Part shown: in pieces, positions 26,947 to 39,290 of the stretch | Layout of the letters: each line of letters opens with the position of its first letter | Position numbering within the stretch: position 1 is the first letter of the stretch | From: Octopus sinensis | Lineage: Eukaryota | Direction: 5' to 3' | NCBI RefSeq assembly: GCF_006345805.1 | Contig: NW_021833033.1 | Location: 22,291-86,290, forward strand | Length of the DNA: 64,000 nt | Notes under the pieces: model-generated | Told to the model about the DNA's origin: nothing | The model's input: the letters and a program-made list of their open reading frames with translations, nothing else | Database searches by the model: none | Translations under genes and position numbers: made by a program

Positions 26947-28029
26947 GTATATTTTGTGGCTTCCACGTAGACTTAGTTGAAAAGTAGGCAAACCTCAGGC
27001 GGTATCCACATAATAAATGATGGCCGAGTGCATTAATATAAATTTACTACCGGGAAAATTCAAATATGTTAAATTAGAATGTCGATAATACAATGGTTGA
27101 AATCTGCCACAGTATTCGCTGTCTCCAAAAAATGTGAAATGTCTGACAGTTTAACAAACCACGTGCCTCCCAAAAGCATCTACAATGGAAAACGGACTGC
27201 GTGTTGCACAACAATATAAAACAGTAGTGTACAATAGACTGTGGATGACAGGAAACAACCATTTGGTGCCCATCCTCTCGTCAATGCTATCTGCAGCACG
27301 CTGTATTACTCCAAATACAACGTACACCAGTACACACATATACGCAGACATACATATCTTGTCGTTCACTCACAAATACATTTCTCTCACTTTCTCTTTC
27401 TCTCTTTGTTGCTCTCTCTCTCTCTCTCTCTGTTTTTTTCTCTTTCTTTTTCTCTAAAAGAGGACGCCATTAACACGAATAACGTAAAAGAAAAGAAAAC
27501 AAAAGATAAACATCCATTATTCGTTCTGGAAAGTTAAAACCAAATTATAAATTGACCAATCAGAGAAGAGCATTTTCAAATATTTAGGATGCACCGAATC
27601 TGGGATAATTTATTGTCTGCTGATTGGAATTTTCCTCATTGCAGGGAATCGGTGATTCGCTGCGATGTTTTCGACCTTCCTGTGAGAAACCAATTAATAA
27701 ATAAAAGGCCCTGAATGGACAGGTTATTCTAAAAACATATAAAGGGTGAAAGTACTCTTTAAACCAGGGGTCGGCTAACCGGAGTAAATTACCCCAAGTC
27801 GGGTAAAAATGAAATTCTTGAGGTGGGGAGGTAATGAGGACTCATTGGACGTAAGTAAAATTATCTAAAATATGTCTTCTTTTTTACGAAGGAAATTTTT
27901 CTTCTGGCAACATCCCATCAGTCCAATGTAATGCACGTATAAATAGATTCAATAAAACTCTTGAATTCAAAGAATCTATGATTTTCTTCCTTTCAAATTA
28001 TGGGGATAACGTCGGAGTAAATACAAATA

Positions 28030-28594
28030 TTGGGTTGTCCGGAAAGTTCGTGCCGATTTATAGTAGCTTACCTTTCGACTTATTTTAAAACATGGTTGAG
28101 TCCATCAAATAGGATTTGACTACACCTCCATTTAGAGCACAGTTTAAGCTATCTTTTCGTGGAAGAAGGTTTATGTTTATTAAACTGTGTTAATTCTGTA
28201 ACCCTTTAAAATGGAATATAAGAAAGTTCATTTTCGGCACTTGATGCTTTGGGAACCAGACAAAAACTGCTGCAGCTCGGCTGGGATGTGTTACCCCACC
28301 CTCCATATTCACCAGATATTGCTCCTTCGGATTTCCACTTATTCAGGTCTCTGCAGAATAGTCTTAATGGTAAAATTTCAATTCCTTGGACGACGTAAAA
28401 AGATACCTTGATGAATTATTTGCTATGAAACCACCTTGATTCTGGGAAAGAGGCTATTTTCAACTTAAAAGAAAGATGGAGATGCATTGTGCAACAAAAT
28501 AGTTCATATTTGGCTGATTAAAAATGTAATGGCAAGTATTTATTGGCCTTCTTCTTTCCTTTAAAAATCGGCACGAACTTTCCGGACAATCCAA
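28030..28594 (+). mobile_element. Internally deleted mariner (Tc1/mariner) transposon
   Basis: TIRs TTGGGTTGTCCGGAAAGTTCGTGCCGATTT / AAATCGGCACGAACTTTCCGGACAATCCAA with TA on both sides; N-terminal MEYKKVHFRHLMLWE joined at ~28255 to TRQKLLQLGWDVLPHPPYSPDIAPSDFHLFRSLQNSLNG (YSPDxAPSD motif). Confidence 0.92.
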
Positions 28595-28706
28595 TATTTT
28601 GAAGTAATTGGTTAATAAAGTTCCCCGATCCTGGCTTTAAAAAATTACACATGGAAGACCAGTTTTAATCTTGCTTTTGAAGTATTATATATTGTGAACA
28701 CTTGCG

Positions 28707-28905
28707 GAATTTTCTTCAGGTCGAGTAATGCATCCCGCTCAAAAGGTCCCTGAATAAGGGTTGTTTAAGGATGTTGAACGAAAAACCCATGTTTCCAGAG
28801 GTGAATTATCCAAACCGCTAAGAATTCCATTCAACACACGACTATGTTGCTACCTCATTACTTCTGCTCCTGATCAGAGATGCACATATCGTCAGCCACT
28901 AAGCA
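28707..28905 (+). mobile_element. Internal fragment of interspersed repeat family D
   Basis: AAAAGGTCCCTGAATA..GATCAGAGATGCACATATCGTCAGCCACTAAG matches the middle of 58421-58960. Confidence 0.75.
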
Positions 28906-29329
28906 ATATAATGCTTTTGAAGTATATAATGCTTTTGAAGTATTATATATTGTGAACACTTGCGAAGTAGTGATATACATCGGGAATTAAACTGCAAATG
29001 CATTCTGAGAATAATACTTGACATGGAGAGGAATGGAAAGTTGACAGTCAATGGAAAGTAATTTAGGAAACCGTGGACATTTGAATATTTTTTGCCTTTA
29101 AAAAAGAATACAATTAGCAACAGTGATAGCAACAGAGTGAATAGCAGTTTCGTTAGCATTATCGATAATTACATTATATTTTACCACTGATACCGGTTAC
29201 AGTCATTGGACTGCTGCCATGCTGGAGGCTGACGTGTTCAACTCACCTAATGAATGCAGTACATCAGTGTGAGATAGCCCAAAGTTCAATGGCTGACGCA
29301 AAGAAAATATAAAAGATGTATGAGCATGC

Positions 29330-29366
<37 letters not shown>

Positions 29367-29428
29367 GGTGCCCCAGCATGGCCACAGCTCGTGAGCTGAA
29401 ACTAGAATCAATCAATCATATATATATA

Positions 29429-29665
29429 CTAGCAGTATAATCCGGCCTTGCCCGGGATTAAGTAACGATTATCAAGCTAATCAAGTTCTTTATTTCAAAC
29501 CAAACTCAGTAATATCGACGTCAAATTTGGGCAAAATCCGTTGAAATTGGTTATATTACATATATTATATATATTATATATATATAATATAATATAATAT
29601 AAATATATATGGGCAACAGACACGAACACACATGTTCGTACGTACACCTATTGCATGTTTTGTGC
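29429..29665 (-). mobile_element. Helitron-like 3' fragment (family 2)
   Basis: A|CTAG, then hairpin TCCGGCCTTGCCCGGGA; homologous to 20120-20295. Confidence 0.6.
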
Positions 29666-30114
29666 AGGTTCATAAACAGAAATGAATGGGAAAATGTTGT
29701 CAAATTTGTAGATTAACACTCGCACGATTTTCACTAAGAAAAATAATCGTTTTTTTTTGCGTGGAATCAATTACTCTCGCCTCCTAATATGCTACAAAAC
29801 CCTTTTTGTGGTCCGTGAAACGGAGTGGGTGTGGTGGAAGCCTCGGAAATTGTACCCATTTATATTGTGCAATTCACTGACAAATTGCTACTCACCTCTT
29901 TGTTTCTTTGTTGTTAAATAAATGGATAGTCAACAAAACACTTTTTTACTCGGCGTAAAATAAGAACAAAACCCTTTTGCACCCAAAGTAATGTGTGTGA
30001 GGGAGAGGGGGAGAAAGACGAACGATTTAAAATAAATATATTGTAATTGTTGTGTGAGAAAGTATATATACTATGATTGTAAAATATAGTGTCTTTCAAA
30101 AACATCCTGAATTT

Positions 30115-33100
30115 GAACAATTTTTCAAAATTTTTTGTCGAAAATTTTCAAAGAATTATCAAAAAATCTTACAAAAATTTTGATTAAAATTTTCTAAAGA
30201 ATTTTCAAAAATTTTCGTGAAAATTGTCGAAAAAGTTTTCAAAAATTTTGGAGAAGTATTTTTGGCCAAAATTTTCAGAAAATTTTTATAAAATTTTGGT
30301 GAAAATTTTCAAAAAATTTTTCAAAATTTTTGGGGAAAATTTTCCAAAAATTTTTCTATAGTTTTGGGGAAAATTTTTTAAACTTTTTAAAAATTTGCGA
30401 AAAGTTTCGAAACATTCTTCAAAAATTTTTGAAAAATATTTTGAAAATTTTTGGCGAAAATTTTCAAAACATTTTTCAAAATTTTTGGGGAAAATTTTCA
30501 AAAACTTTTTCTCAAATTTTGGGGAAAATTTTCAAAAAATTTTTCTCAAATTTTGGGGAAAATTTTCAAAAAATTTTTCAAAAATCTTTGGAGAGGTGCC
30601 AAAATCACAAAGTATGGAAAGCCAGCGGTGCCAAAATCACCGAAAATTTTACCCAAAAGTTTTTCGAAAATTTTCCCCAAAAATTTTTCGAAAATTTCCA
30701 CCGAAGATTTTCCCCAAAAATTTTTCGAAAATTTTCCCCGAGCTAAAAATAGAATTTTAGGTGGCTGCTTCTGCTGCTTTCTGTGTATAGATTGAATTCT
30801 GGTTTAATATTACAGTCAAGATGCCTCACGATCAACGATACACCAGATTCTGCACTACACTTAACACCTATGACCATATCGATGTTATAGACTTCAGCAT
30901 ATGGAGAATATTCGTAATTGGGTTTTCGAATTTTCACACCGAAAATTTTCCCCAAAAATTTTTCGAGAATTTTCACCGAAAATTTTCCACTAAAATTTTT
31001 CGAAAGTTTTCAACCGAAAATTTACAAAAAGATCTTTCGAAAATTTTCCCCAAAGTATGGAATGCCAGCGGTGCCAAAATCACAAAGTATGGAAAGCCAG
31101 CTGTGCCAAAATCACAAAGTATGGAAAGCCACGATGCCAAATCACTAAGTATGGAAAGCTAGCGGGGCCAAAATCACAAAGTATAGAAGGCCAGAGGTGC
31201 AAAATGATAAAGTATGGATGGCCAATGGTGCCAAAATCGCAGAAAAATTTTACCCGAAAATTTTTGGAAATTTTACCCAAAAATTTTCCAAAGTTTTACC
31301 CAAATTTTTTCGAAAATTTTCCCCAAAAATTTTTCGAAAATTTTCGCCAAAAATTTTACCCAAAAATTTTACGAAAATTTTTCGAAAATTTTCCCCAAAA
31401 ATTTTTCGAAAATTTTCCCCAAAAATTTTACGAAAGTTTTCCGCAAAAATTTTTCGAAAATTTTCACAAAAAATTTTACCAAAAAATTTTAGAGAATTTT
31501 CACCGAAAATTTTGTCCAAAAATATTTCGATAATTTTCATCGAAGATTTTCCCAAAAAATTTTTGGAAAATTTTCACTGAAAATTTTACCCAAAAATTTT
31601 ACGAAAATTTTTCGCAAAAATTTTTCGAAAATTTCCACCGAAGATTTTCCCCAAAAATTTTTGGAAAATTTTCCCCGAGCTAAAAATAGAATTTTAGGTG
31701 GCTGCTTCTGCTGCTTTCTGTGTATAGATTGAATTCTGGTTTAATATTACAGTCAAGATGCCTCACGATCAACGATACACCAGATTCTGCACTACACTTA
31801 ACACCTATGACCATATCGATGTTTATAGACTTCAGCATATGGAGAATATTCGTAATATGGGTTTTCGAAATTTTCACCGAAAATTTTCCCCAAAAATTTT
31901 TCGAGAATTTTCACCGAAAATTTTCCACTAAAATTTTTCGAAAGTTTTCACCGAAAAATTTACAAAAAGATCTTTCGAAAATTTTCCCCAAAGTATGGAA
32001 TGCCAGCGGTGCCAAAATCACAAAGTATGGAAAGCCAGCTGTGCCAAAATCACAAAGTATGGAAAGCCAGCGATGCCAAAATCACTAAGTATGGAAAGCT
32101 AGCGGGGCCAAAATCACAAAGTATAGAAGGCCAGAGGTGCCAAAATGATAAAGTATGGATGGCCAATGGTGCCAAAATCGCAGAAAAATTTTACCCGAAA
32201 ATTTTTGGAAATTTTACCCCAAAAATTTTTCCAAAGTTTTACCCAAATTTTTTCGAAAATTTTCCCAAAAATTTTTCGAAAATTTTCGCCAAAAATTTTA
32301 CCCAAAAATTTTTAGAAAATTTTCACCGAAAATTTTACTCAAAAATTTTTCGAAAATTTTCCCCAAAAATTTTACGAAAGTTTTCCGCAAAAATTTTTCG
32401 AAAATTTTCACAAAAAATTTTACCAAAAAATTTTAGAGAATTTTCACCGAAAATTTTGTCCAAAAATATTTCGATAATTTTCATCGAAGATTTTCCCAAA
32501 AAATTTTTGGAAAATTTTCACTGAAAATTTTACCCAAAAATTTTACGAAAATTTTTCGCAAAAATTTTTCGAAAATTTTCACCGAAAATTTTACCCAAAA
32601 ATTTTCCCCGAGCTAAAAATAGAATTTTAGGTGGTTGCTTCTGCTGCTTTCTGTGTATAGAGTAGAATCTGGTGTATCGTTGATCGTGAGGTATCTTGAC
32701 TGTAATATTAAACCAGAATTCACTCTATACACAGAAAGCAGCGGAAGCAGCCACCTAAAATTCTATTTTTAGCTATAACATCTATTTTTAGCTCGGGGAA
32801 AATTTTCGAAAAATTTTTGGGGAAAGTTTTCGGTGGAAATTTTCCAAAAGTGTCCTTGGGTAAATTTTTCGGTGAAAATTTTCGGAAAATTTTTAGTGAA
32901 AATTTTCGAAAAATTTTGGGGGAAAATTTTTGGGGAAAATTTTCGATGAAAATTATCGAAAAATTTTTGGACAAAATTTCGGTGAAAATTCTCTAAAAAT
33001 TTTTGGGGGAAAATTTTCTGGAAAATTTTCGAAAAAATTTGGGTAAAATTTTGGAAAAATTTTGGGGGAAAGTTTTCGAAAAATTTTCGGGTAAAATTTT

Positions 33101-34060
33101 CTGTGATTTTGGCACCATTGGCCTTCCATACTTTATGATTTTGGCACCGCTAGCTTTCCGTACGTTGTGATTTTGGCACCGCTGGCTTTCCATACTTTGT
33201 GATTTTGGCACCGCTGGCTTTCCATAGTTTGTGATTTTGGCACCGCTGGTTTTCCATACTTTGTGATTTTGGTACCGCTGGGGAGAAAATTCGAAAGGTC
33301 TTTTTGTAAATTTTTCGGTGCAAACTTTCGAAAAGTTTTAGTGGAAAATTTTCGGTGATAATTTTCGAAAACCCATCTAACGAATATGCTCCATATGCTG
33401 AAGTCTATAAACGTCGATATGGTCATAGTTGTTAAGTGTAGAGTAGAATCTGGTGTATCGTTGATCGTGAGGCATCTTGACTGTAATATTAAACCAGGAT
33501 TCACTCTATACACAGAAAGCAGCAGAAGCAGCCACCTAAAATTCTATTTTTAGCCATAACATCTATTTTCGGTGGAAATTTTCGAAAAATTTTTGGGTAA
33601 AATTTTCGGTGAAAATTTTCCAAAAATCTTTGGAGAAAATTTTCAAAAAATTTTTCAAAAATTTTTGGGGAATATTTTCATAAAATTTTACAAAACTTTT
33701 GGGGGAAAATTTTCAAACAATTTTTCAAAAATCTTTGGAGAAAATTTTCAAATATTTTTGGGGAAAAGTTTAAAAAAATCTTTCTATAGTTTGGGGGAAA
33801 ATTTTTTTAATATTTTTTAAAAATTTGGGGAAAACTTTCCAAAAATCCTTCAAAAATCTTTGGCGAAAATTTTTGAAAAATGTTTTGAAAATTTTCTGCA
33901 AAAGTTTTCGAAAAATTTTGGGGAAAATTTTCAAAAAATTTTTCAAAAATTTTTGGGGAAAATTTTCAAAAAATTTTCTAAAATTTGGGGGAAAATTTTC
34001 AATACATTTTTCAAAAATTGTTGGGGAAAATTTTCAAAGCGTTTTTCAAAAATTCTTTTT
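30115..34060. repeat. Modular A-tract satellite / foldback-like structure
   Basis: AAAATTTT-based arrays, 32-bp tandem repeats and a ~190-bp module, arranged as ~935-bp direct units plus an inverted block. Confidence 0.9.
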
Positions 34061-34475
34061 GGACTTTCTTTTATCGAAAGCATTTTAACAAAAATGCTTC
34101 CGTAAAGACGGTGAAAATTTTGTCAATTTCCCCAAACCGGGACACATTTCAATTTTTAAACAATAACCAAACATTTTCGGAGAAGGGTTACGGTTTACAA
34201 TTATTTACCAAATGCAACACAACAACCCTTCCCTGACGAGGAACCAACAAACGTGATTACAATAGTCAAACAGTAATAATAATAACAAACCTTTTTAATT
34301 TATCCCCATTTATGTCAAACCACTTATTCAAGTTCAAGTCATTGATGCAATTTTATACGAATTGCTAATACACACACACACACACACATAGTAAGGGTGA
34401 AAAATAGAATATTAATTTGATTAATATGAATTGAAAACCAGTGGTTTAGCATATAAGACCATAGCGGATCTTCTT

Positions 34476-34789
34476 CTAGCAAAATGGATGACCATTGTTA
34501 ATGGTTCATCCCTGTTATATAGTGAAAGTGTCTGCATTATTAAAGAGAGATATTTTTGTTTCACTTTTAACATGTAATACTGAAATAGTGGAGAAGATAT
34601 GATATTGCTGTTGGGTCGCCCGAGGGAAAAAGTTAAGATTTTTTGCCGATGACACTCCCCGGACCTTAAGTAAGGCATGTGTAAAATTTGAATGAAATTG
34701 GATGTGTAGTTCTCAAGTTTTAGGGAAACACACAGACAGACAGACAGAATACAGACAGACACACATTTTCAGTTTTATATATAGAGAGA
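34476..34789 (-). mobile_element. Non-autonomous Helitron-like element (family 3)
   Basis: Minus strand starts A|TCTCTCTATATATAAAACTGAAAATGTGTGTCTGTC; CTAG at 34476 next to hairpin GGATGACCATT-GTT-AATGGTTCATCC. Confidence 0.55.
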
Positions 34790-34796
34790 TACATAC

Positions 34797-34848
<52 letters not shown>

Positions 34849-34849
<1 letters not shown>

Positions 34850-35100
34850 GGGCGACTTCTTTCATATTTTAAACCGTCGAGCTGCCAGAATCGTTAGCAC
34901 ACCGGACGAAATGCTTAGCGCTATTTCGTCTTCCGCTAAGTTCTGAGTTCAAATCCCACCGAGGTCGACTTTGCCTTTCATCTTTTCGGGGTCGGTAAAA
35001 TTAAGTACCAGTGAAATACTGTAATTTACTAGTTCCCTCTTCAGGTGTCTGCCAATTTGACCGTGTGTTAAGGCAGCACAATTGGCCATTTTGTCTCTTC
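34849..35100 (+). mobile_element. SINE family A copy
   Basis: GAGCTGCCAGAATCGTTAGCAC..GAGGTCGACTTTGCCTTTCATC. Confidence 0.8.
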
Positions 35101-35199
35101 GTCTCCTCAGATTTAGTATGTGATTTGAGAAACGTTTAGCTCCTATTTCTAGCAGGTCATATCGGTATAAGGAATATCCTACATTGCTATTGTTATTGC

Positions 35200-35775
35200 G
35201 TTTTTTGTTGTCTTTGTCGTTGTTGCTGTTGGCGTTTGTTGCTGTTGTTGTTGTTGTTGTTGATGATGATGAAGAGGAGGAGGAGGATGATGACGACGGA
35301 CGATGTCCATGATGATGGCGATGATGTTGTTGATGATGATGATGAAGAGGAGGAGGAGGAGGATGACGGTGGTGATGGTGACGATGTCCATGATGTTTAT
35401 GGTGATGGTGATGCTGATAATGATAATGATGTTGATGATGATGATGACGGACGATGTCCCTGATGATGGTGGTGATGTTGTTGATGATGAGGAGGATGAG
35501 GAGGATGAAGATGGTGACGGTGGTGATAGTGACGATGTCCATGACGTTGATGATGATGCTGATGATGAAGATGATGAGGAGGAGGAGGATGATGATGGTG
35601 GTGGTGGTGTAGGTGGTGGTGGTGTAGGTGGTGGTGGTGGTGGTGGTGGTGGTGGTGACGATGTCCATGATGATGATGACGACGACGACGATGATAACGA
35701 CGACGGCTACAAGGATGTTGATGACGATGATGACGCTGACGTTGACGCTGACGACGACGACGATGATGTTTATGT
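35200..35775. repeat. Compound (GTT)/(GAT)/(GAG)/(GGT) microsatellite with a higher-order duplication
   Basis: Motif GACGATGTCC(A/C)TGA occurs five times. Confidence 0.85.
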
Positions 35776-36829
35776 TGTGGCTGTCTTTATTTTTTTGTTT
35801 TGTTTTGTCTCATGTTGGTTCTGATTCAATTGTGTCTCTCTTTTGCTTATCAGTATTTACAGACATGTCCCCGAACGGCGTAATCTCATTTTGGAAAACA
35901 GATATTGGCGCGGGAATGCGCATGTGTCACTGAATATGTGCGTGTGTGTGTGTACTTGAGTACGTGTGTCCCTCTGTGTATGTGTGTGTGTACATGAGTA
36001 CGTGTGTGACTGTGTATGTGTGTGTGTCTGTACGTGAGTACGTGTATCCCTCTGTGTGTGTGTGTATGTATGCGTGTGTGAGGAGTGGGAATGATGTTGC
36101 TGTGCATATGTATGTGTATATGTATGTGTCTGTCCTCTTTTGTCCAATGCTATTTCTCTCTATGGAGAACTATTGTGTGTGTGTGTGAGTGTGTGCGTGT
36201 GTGTGAGTGTGTGCGTGTGTGTGGTGGGTGTCTAAGTATGAAACCGTGTATTTGTGTCTGTGTGTGTAAGTTTGTCTGTTTCTGTTTGTGTGTGTGAGTG
36301 TTTGGGTCACTCATGCATCAACACACATATGTCTGTGAAAGCGTATTTGGGTGTATGCGTGTTGTGTGTGTGTGAGTGACAGAGAGAGTGTGTGTGTCTG
36401 TGAGAGAGAGTAAGAGACAAACAAGAGTGTGTCTCTGTGTGTGTGCTATCAAGAGAGAGAGAGAATGTAAGAGTGAGAGTGTGTGTGTGCGCGCGCGTGT
36501 GTTGGTGTGTGTGTATGCACGTGTGTTAGTGTGTTCGCGTGTGTTGGTGTGTGTGTGTGTGTGTGCTATCGAGAGAGAATGAGAGACTATGCGTTTGTGT
36601 GTGCTATCAAGAGAACGAGTGAGAGAAAGAGAGAGAGTGAGAGAGAGAAAGAGAGTGTGTGTGTGAGTGTGCGTGTGTGTGTGTGTGTGTGTGTGCGTAT
36701 GCATATGCGTGTACAATCTGTTTTCTGTCTTGCCATGTAGTTGTAAGAGGAAAAGAGAAGAGAACGAGAGGGAGTAAGGGGAGGAAAATGGGTACGAGGG
36801 ATGGAGGTCGAGCGGTCTTTGACGAGGCA

Positions 36830-37575
36830 ATGGTGTTGTTGCTGCTGCTGCTGGTAATGCTGTTGCTGTTGTTGTTGTTGATGGTGGTGGTGGTGGTTGT
36901 GGGTCTGGTGGTGGTAGTGTTAGTGGTGTTGGTGGTAGTGTTAGTGGTGGTGGTGGTGGTGGTGGTGGTGGTGGTAGTGGTAGTGGTGGTGATGGTGGTG
37001 GTGGTGGTGGTGGTGGTAGTGGTGGTGGTAGTGGTGGTGGTGGCGGTAGTAGTGTTAGTGGTGGTGGTACTGGTGGTGGTGGTGGTGGTGGTGGTGGTGG
37101 TAGTAGTAGTAGTGTTGGTGGTGGTGGTGGTGGTGGTGGTGGTGGTGGGGTGGTGGTGGTAGTAGTAGTGTTGGTGGTGGTGTGGTGGTGGTGGTGGTGG
37201 TGGTGGTGGTGGTGGTGGTGGTGGTGGTGGTGGTGTGGTGTGGTGGTGGTAGTAGTGTTAGTGGTGGTGGTACTGGTGGTGGTGGGGTGGTGGTGGGGTG
37301 TGGTGTGGTGGTGGTGGTGGGTGGTGGTGGTGGTGGTGGTGGTGGTGGTGGTGGCGGTAGTAGTGTTAGTGGTGGTGGTGGTGGTGGTGGTGGTAGTAGT
37401 AGTAGTGTTAGTGGTGGTGGTAGTGGTGGTGGTGGCGGTAGTAGTGTTAGTGGTGGTGGTACTGGTGGTGGTGGTGGTGGTGGTGGTGGTAGTAGTAGTG
37501 TTGGTGGTGGTGGTGGTGGTGGTGGTAGTAGTAGTAGTGTTGGTGGTGGTGGTGGTGGCGGTGGTGGTGGTGCTT
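36830..37575. repeat. (GGT)n-based compound microsatellite with repeated AGTAGTGTTAGT interruptions
   Basis: Read directly from the sequence. Confidence 0.9.
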
Positions 37576-38029
37576 CTGCTGGTAATGGTGGTGCTTATTG
37601 GCGCATTGCCCAAAACCACATATCTACTTGGTGCAGCACAGCCAGTCGTGCATTCAAACTTGGATAAGTCTTCTCACACTTGGCTGCCGGCACTGAACAC
37701 CTGGAGACAGCGTATAATTTATTGATTATCGTCATTACACAAACGACGTCCAATGTCTTTCGAAAGGCACCACCAGGAGAGAAAGGTGCTGGGCAAGTTG
37801 GAAAGAGAGGGGGGGGGGGATGGAATGGGATGAGATGTGGAGGGTGAGATACAGTCCATAAAATCTACTCCAGGACGTTACGAAACCAAAATAAAGAAAT
37901 AATGATTAATCATAACGATAAACATTTATTCAGCCTCAGCTATCTTCTATCCATCAATGGGTATTGAACTCAAGTCTGCTGATTCCTATGAACTGAGCTT
38001 ACGAGAGTTGTGATTCATGAAGGGTATTA

Positions 38030-38230
38030 ACGCGAGTAAAGAGTTCTATATTTAAGAGATGAGGAATTATGTACATTATTTACAGTATTTACATTATTTA
38101 CATTCGATGGATATTTGTCCTCATCTTGTTTGTTGTTAACACGTTTCGACTGATATACCCCCCAGCCTTCATCAGGTAGCTTGGGGAAATTTCGAACCTG
38201 GGTTCTCATTCCTAAGGTATTTTTCAATGT
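38030..38230 (-). mobile_element. Penelope-like pLTR with a hammerhead-like motif, adjoining (ATT)n
   Basis: Minus strand CCTGATGAAGGCTG-GGGGTATAT-CAGTCGAAACGTGTT at 38136-38180. Confidence 0.5.
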
Positions 38231-38242
38231 TATTATTATTGC

Positions 38243-38360
<118 letters not shown>

Positions 38361-38732
38361 ATTCAGGACCGTGGGCATATGGCGTAGTGGTTAACCCCAA
38401 GATTCTAAGTTCCATTCCAAGGAGTGACCTGAATATTTAAATTTACCGTACTTCGATGAGAAAAATATCCACAACCTTCCATCTCAATAAACCACTATTT
38501 ACCCTGAAAGTTGATTTTTATATTTACTACGGATTGCACGAAGCTAAATTTCTTCCTATCTTCCTTCTCTAACGATGGATTTTATACCTATTTGTGTGTA
38601 CTCACACATACTCATACAAATACATACATATATATACAAACACACATGCACACACGCATATAAATACAAATATATAGACAGATGAACAGATAGATAGCTA
38701 GACAGACAGATAGACTAATAGATGCTCTAGAG

Positions 38733-39094
38733 CAGTGGTTCACAACCGGGGTCCACATGGCCCCTGAGAGTCCACATGGCCCCCGAGGGTCCATACAAGA
38801 TATTTGGGGTCCACGTAACAAAATATTAAATCCACAATAGAATTTTAAGGGCCTCTGAAAAATATTTTCTTTAGATGTATGTATTGGTATGTATTGCAAG
38901 AAACAGTCAAGTGACTTTCTCTAATATTTCACATAGTTCAACCTACAGAAGTTAACATGTGAAAAGCGAAACAGGAATTATGAAAGAATTATCTATAAAA
39001 CTAGTTTTTAAACATCGAATGGCTATGGGGGTTCACCACAATAAAATAGTAATAAATAGGTTCATTGATTAAAAAAAATGGCTGCGAATCCTTG
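38733..39094. mobile_element. hAT (Charlie-like) MITE
   Basis: Starts CAGTGGTTCACAACC, ends with degenerate GGCTGCGAATCCTTG; 8-bp flanks CTCTAGAG / CTCTAGTT fit the nTCTAGAn target consensus. Confidence 0.65.
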
Positions 39095-39290
39095 CTCTAG
39101 TTTCTTAAATTCAGAAGCCAAAATTCACCTTGAATGTAAAAATAAATGATAGTATCGAATCTCTGTACTAGCCAAACTATATTTCACTTTCAATGACCAC
39201 AAAAGAAACGTCATGACTTTTTCACACATTTTCAAAATAATTCTTGCCAAAGCAGGCATAGTTTTTTAAAAGAATGTAGATAAATATAAC

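Noticed and set aside
27550-27720. Promoter suggested by inverted CCAAT boxes (CCAATCAG / CTGATTGG)
   Set aside because: Short motifs are expected by chance and no associated exon could be identified.
27765-28020. hAT MITE starting CAGGGGTCGGC
   Set aside because: No matching right-hand TIR or TSD was found.
31064-32180. 32-bp repeats as a CRISPR array
   Set aside because: The repeats are directly head-to-tail with no unique spacers; eukaryotic context with no cas genes.
30286-34236. Many K/F/N/I-rich ORFs on both strands
   Set aside because: These are translations of the A-tract satellite.
36318-37725. Long Pro/Thr/Gly-rich ORFs (formin-, mucin- or glycine-rich-like), including a PLDL-like motif
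   Set aside because: The frames stay open only because (GGT)n has no stops; the reading frame shifts within the tract and the adjacent unique sequence contains stops.
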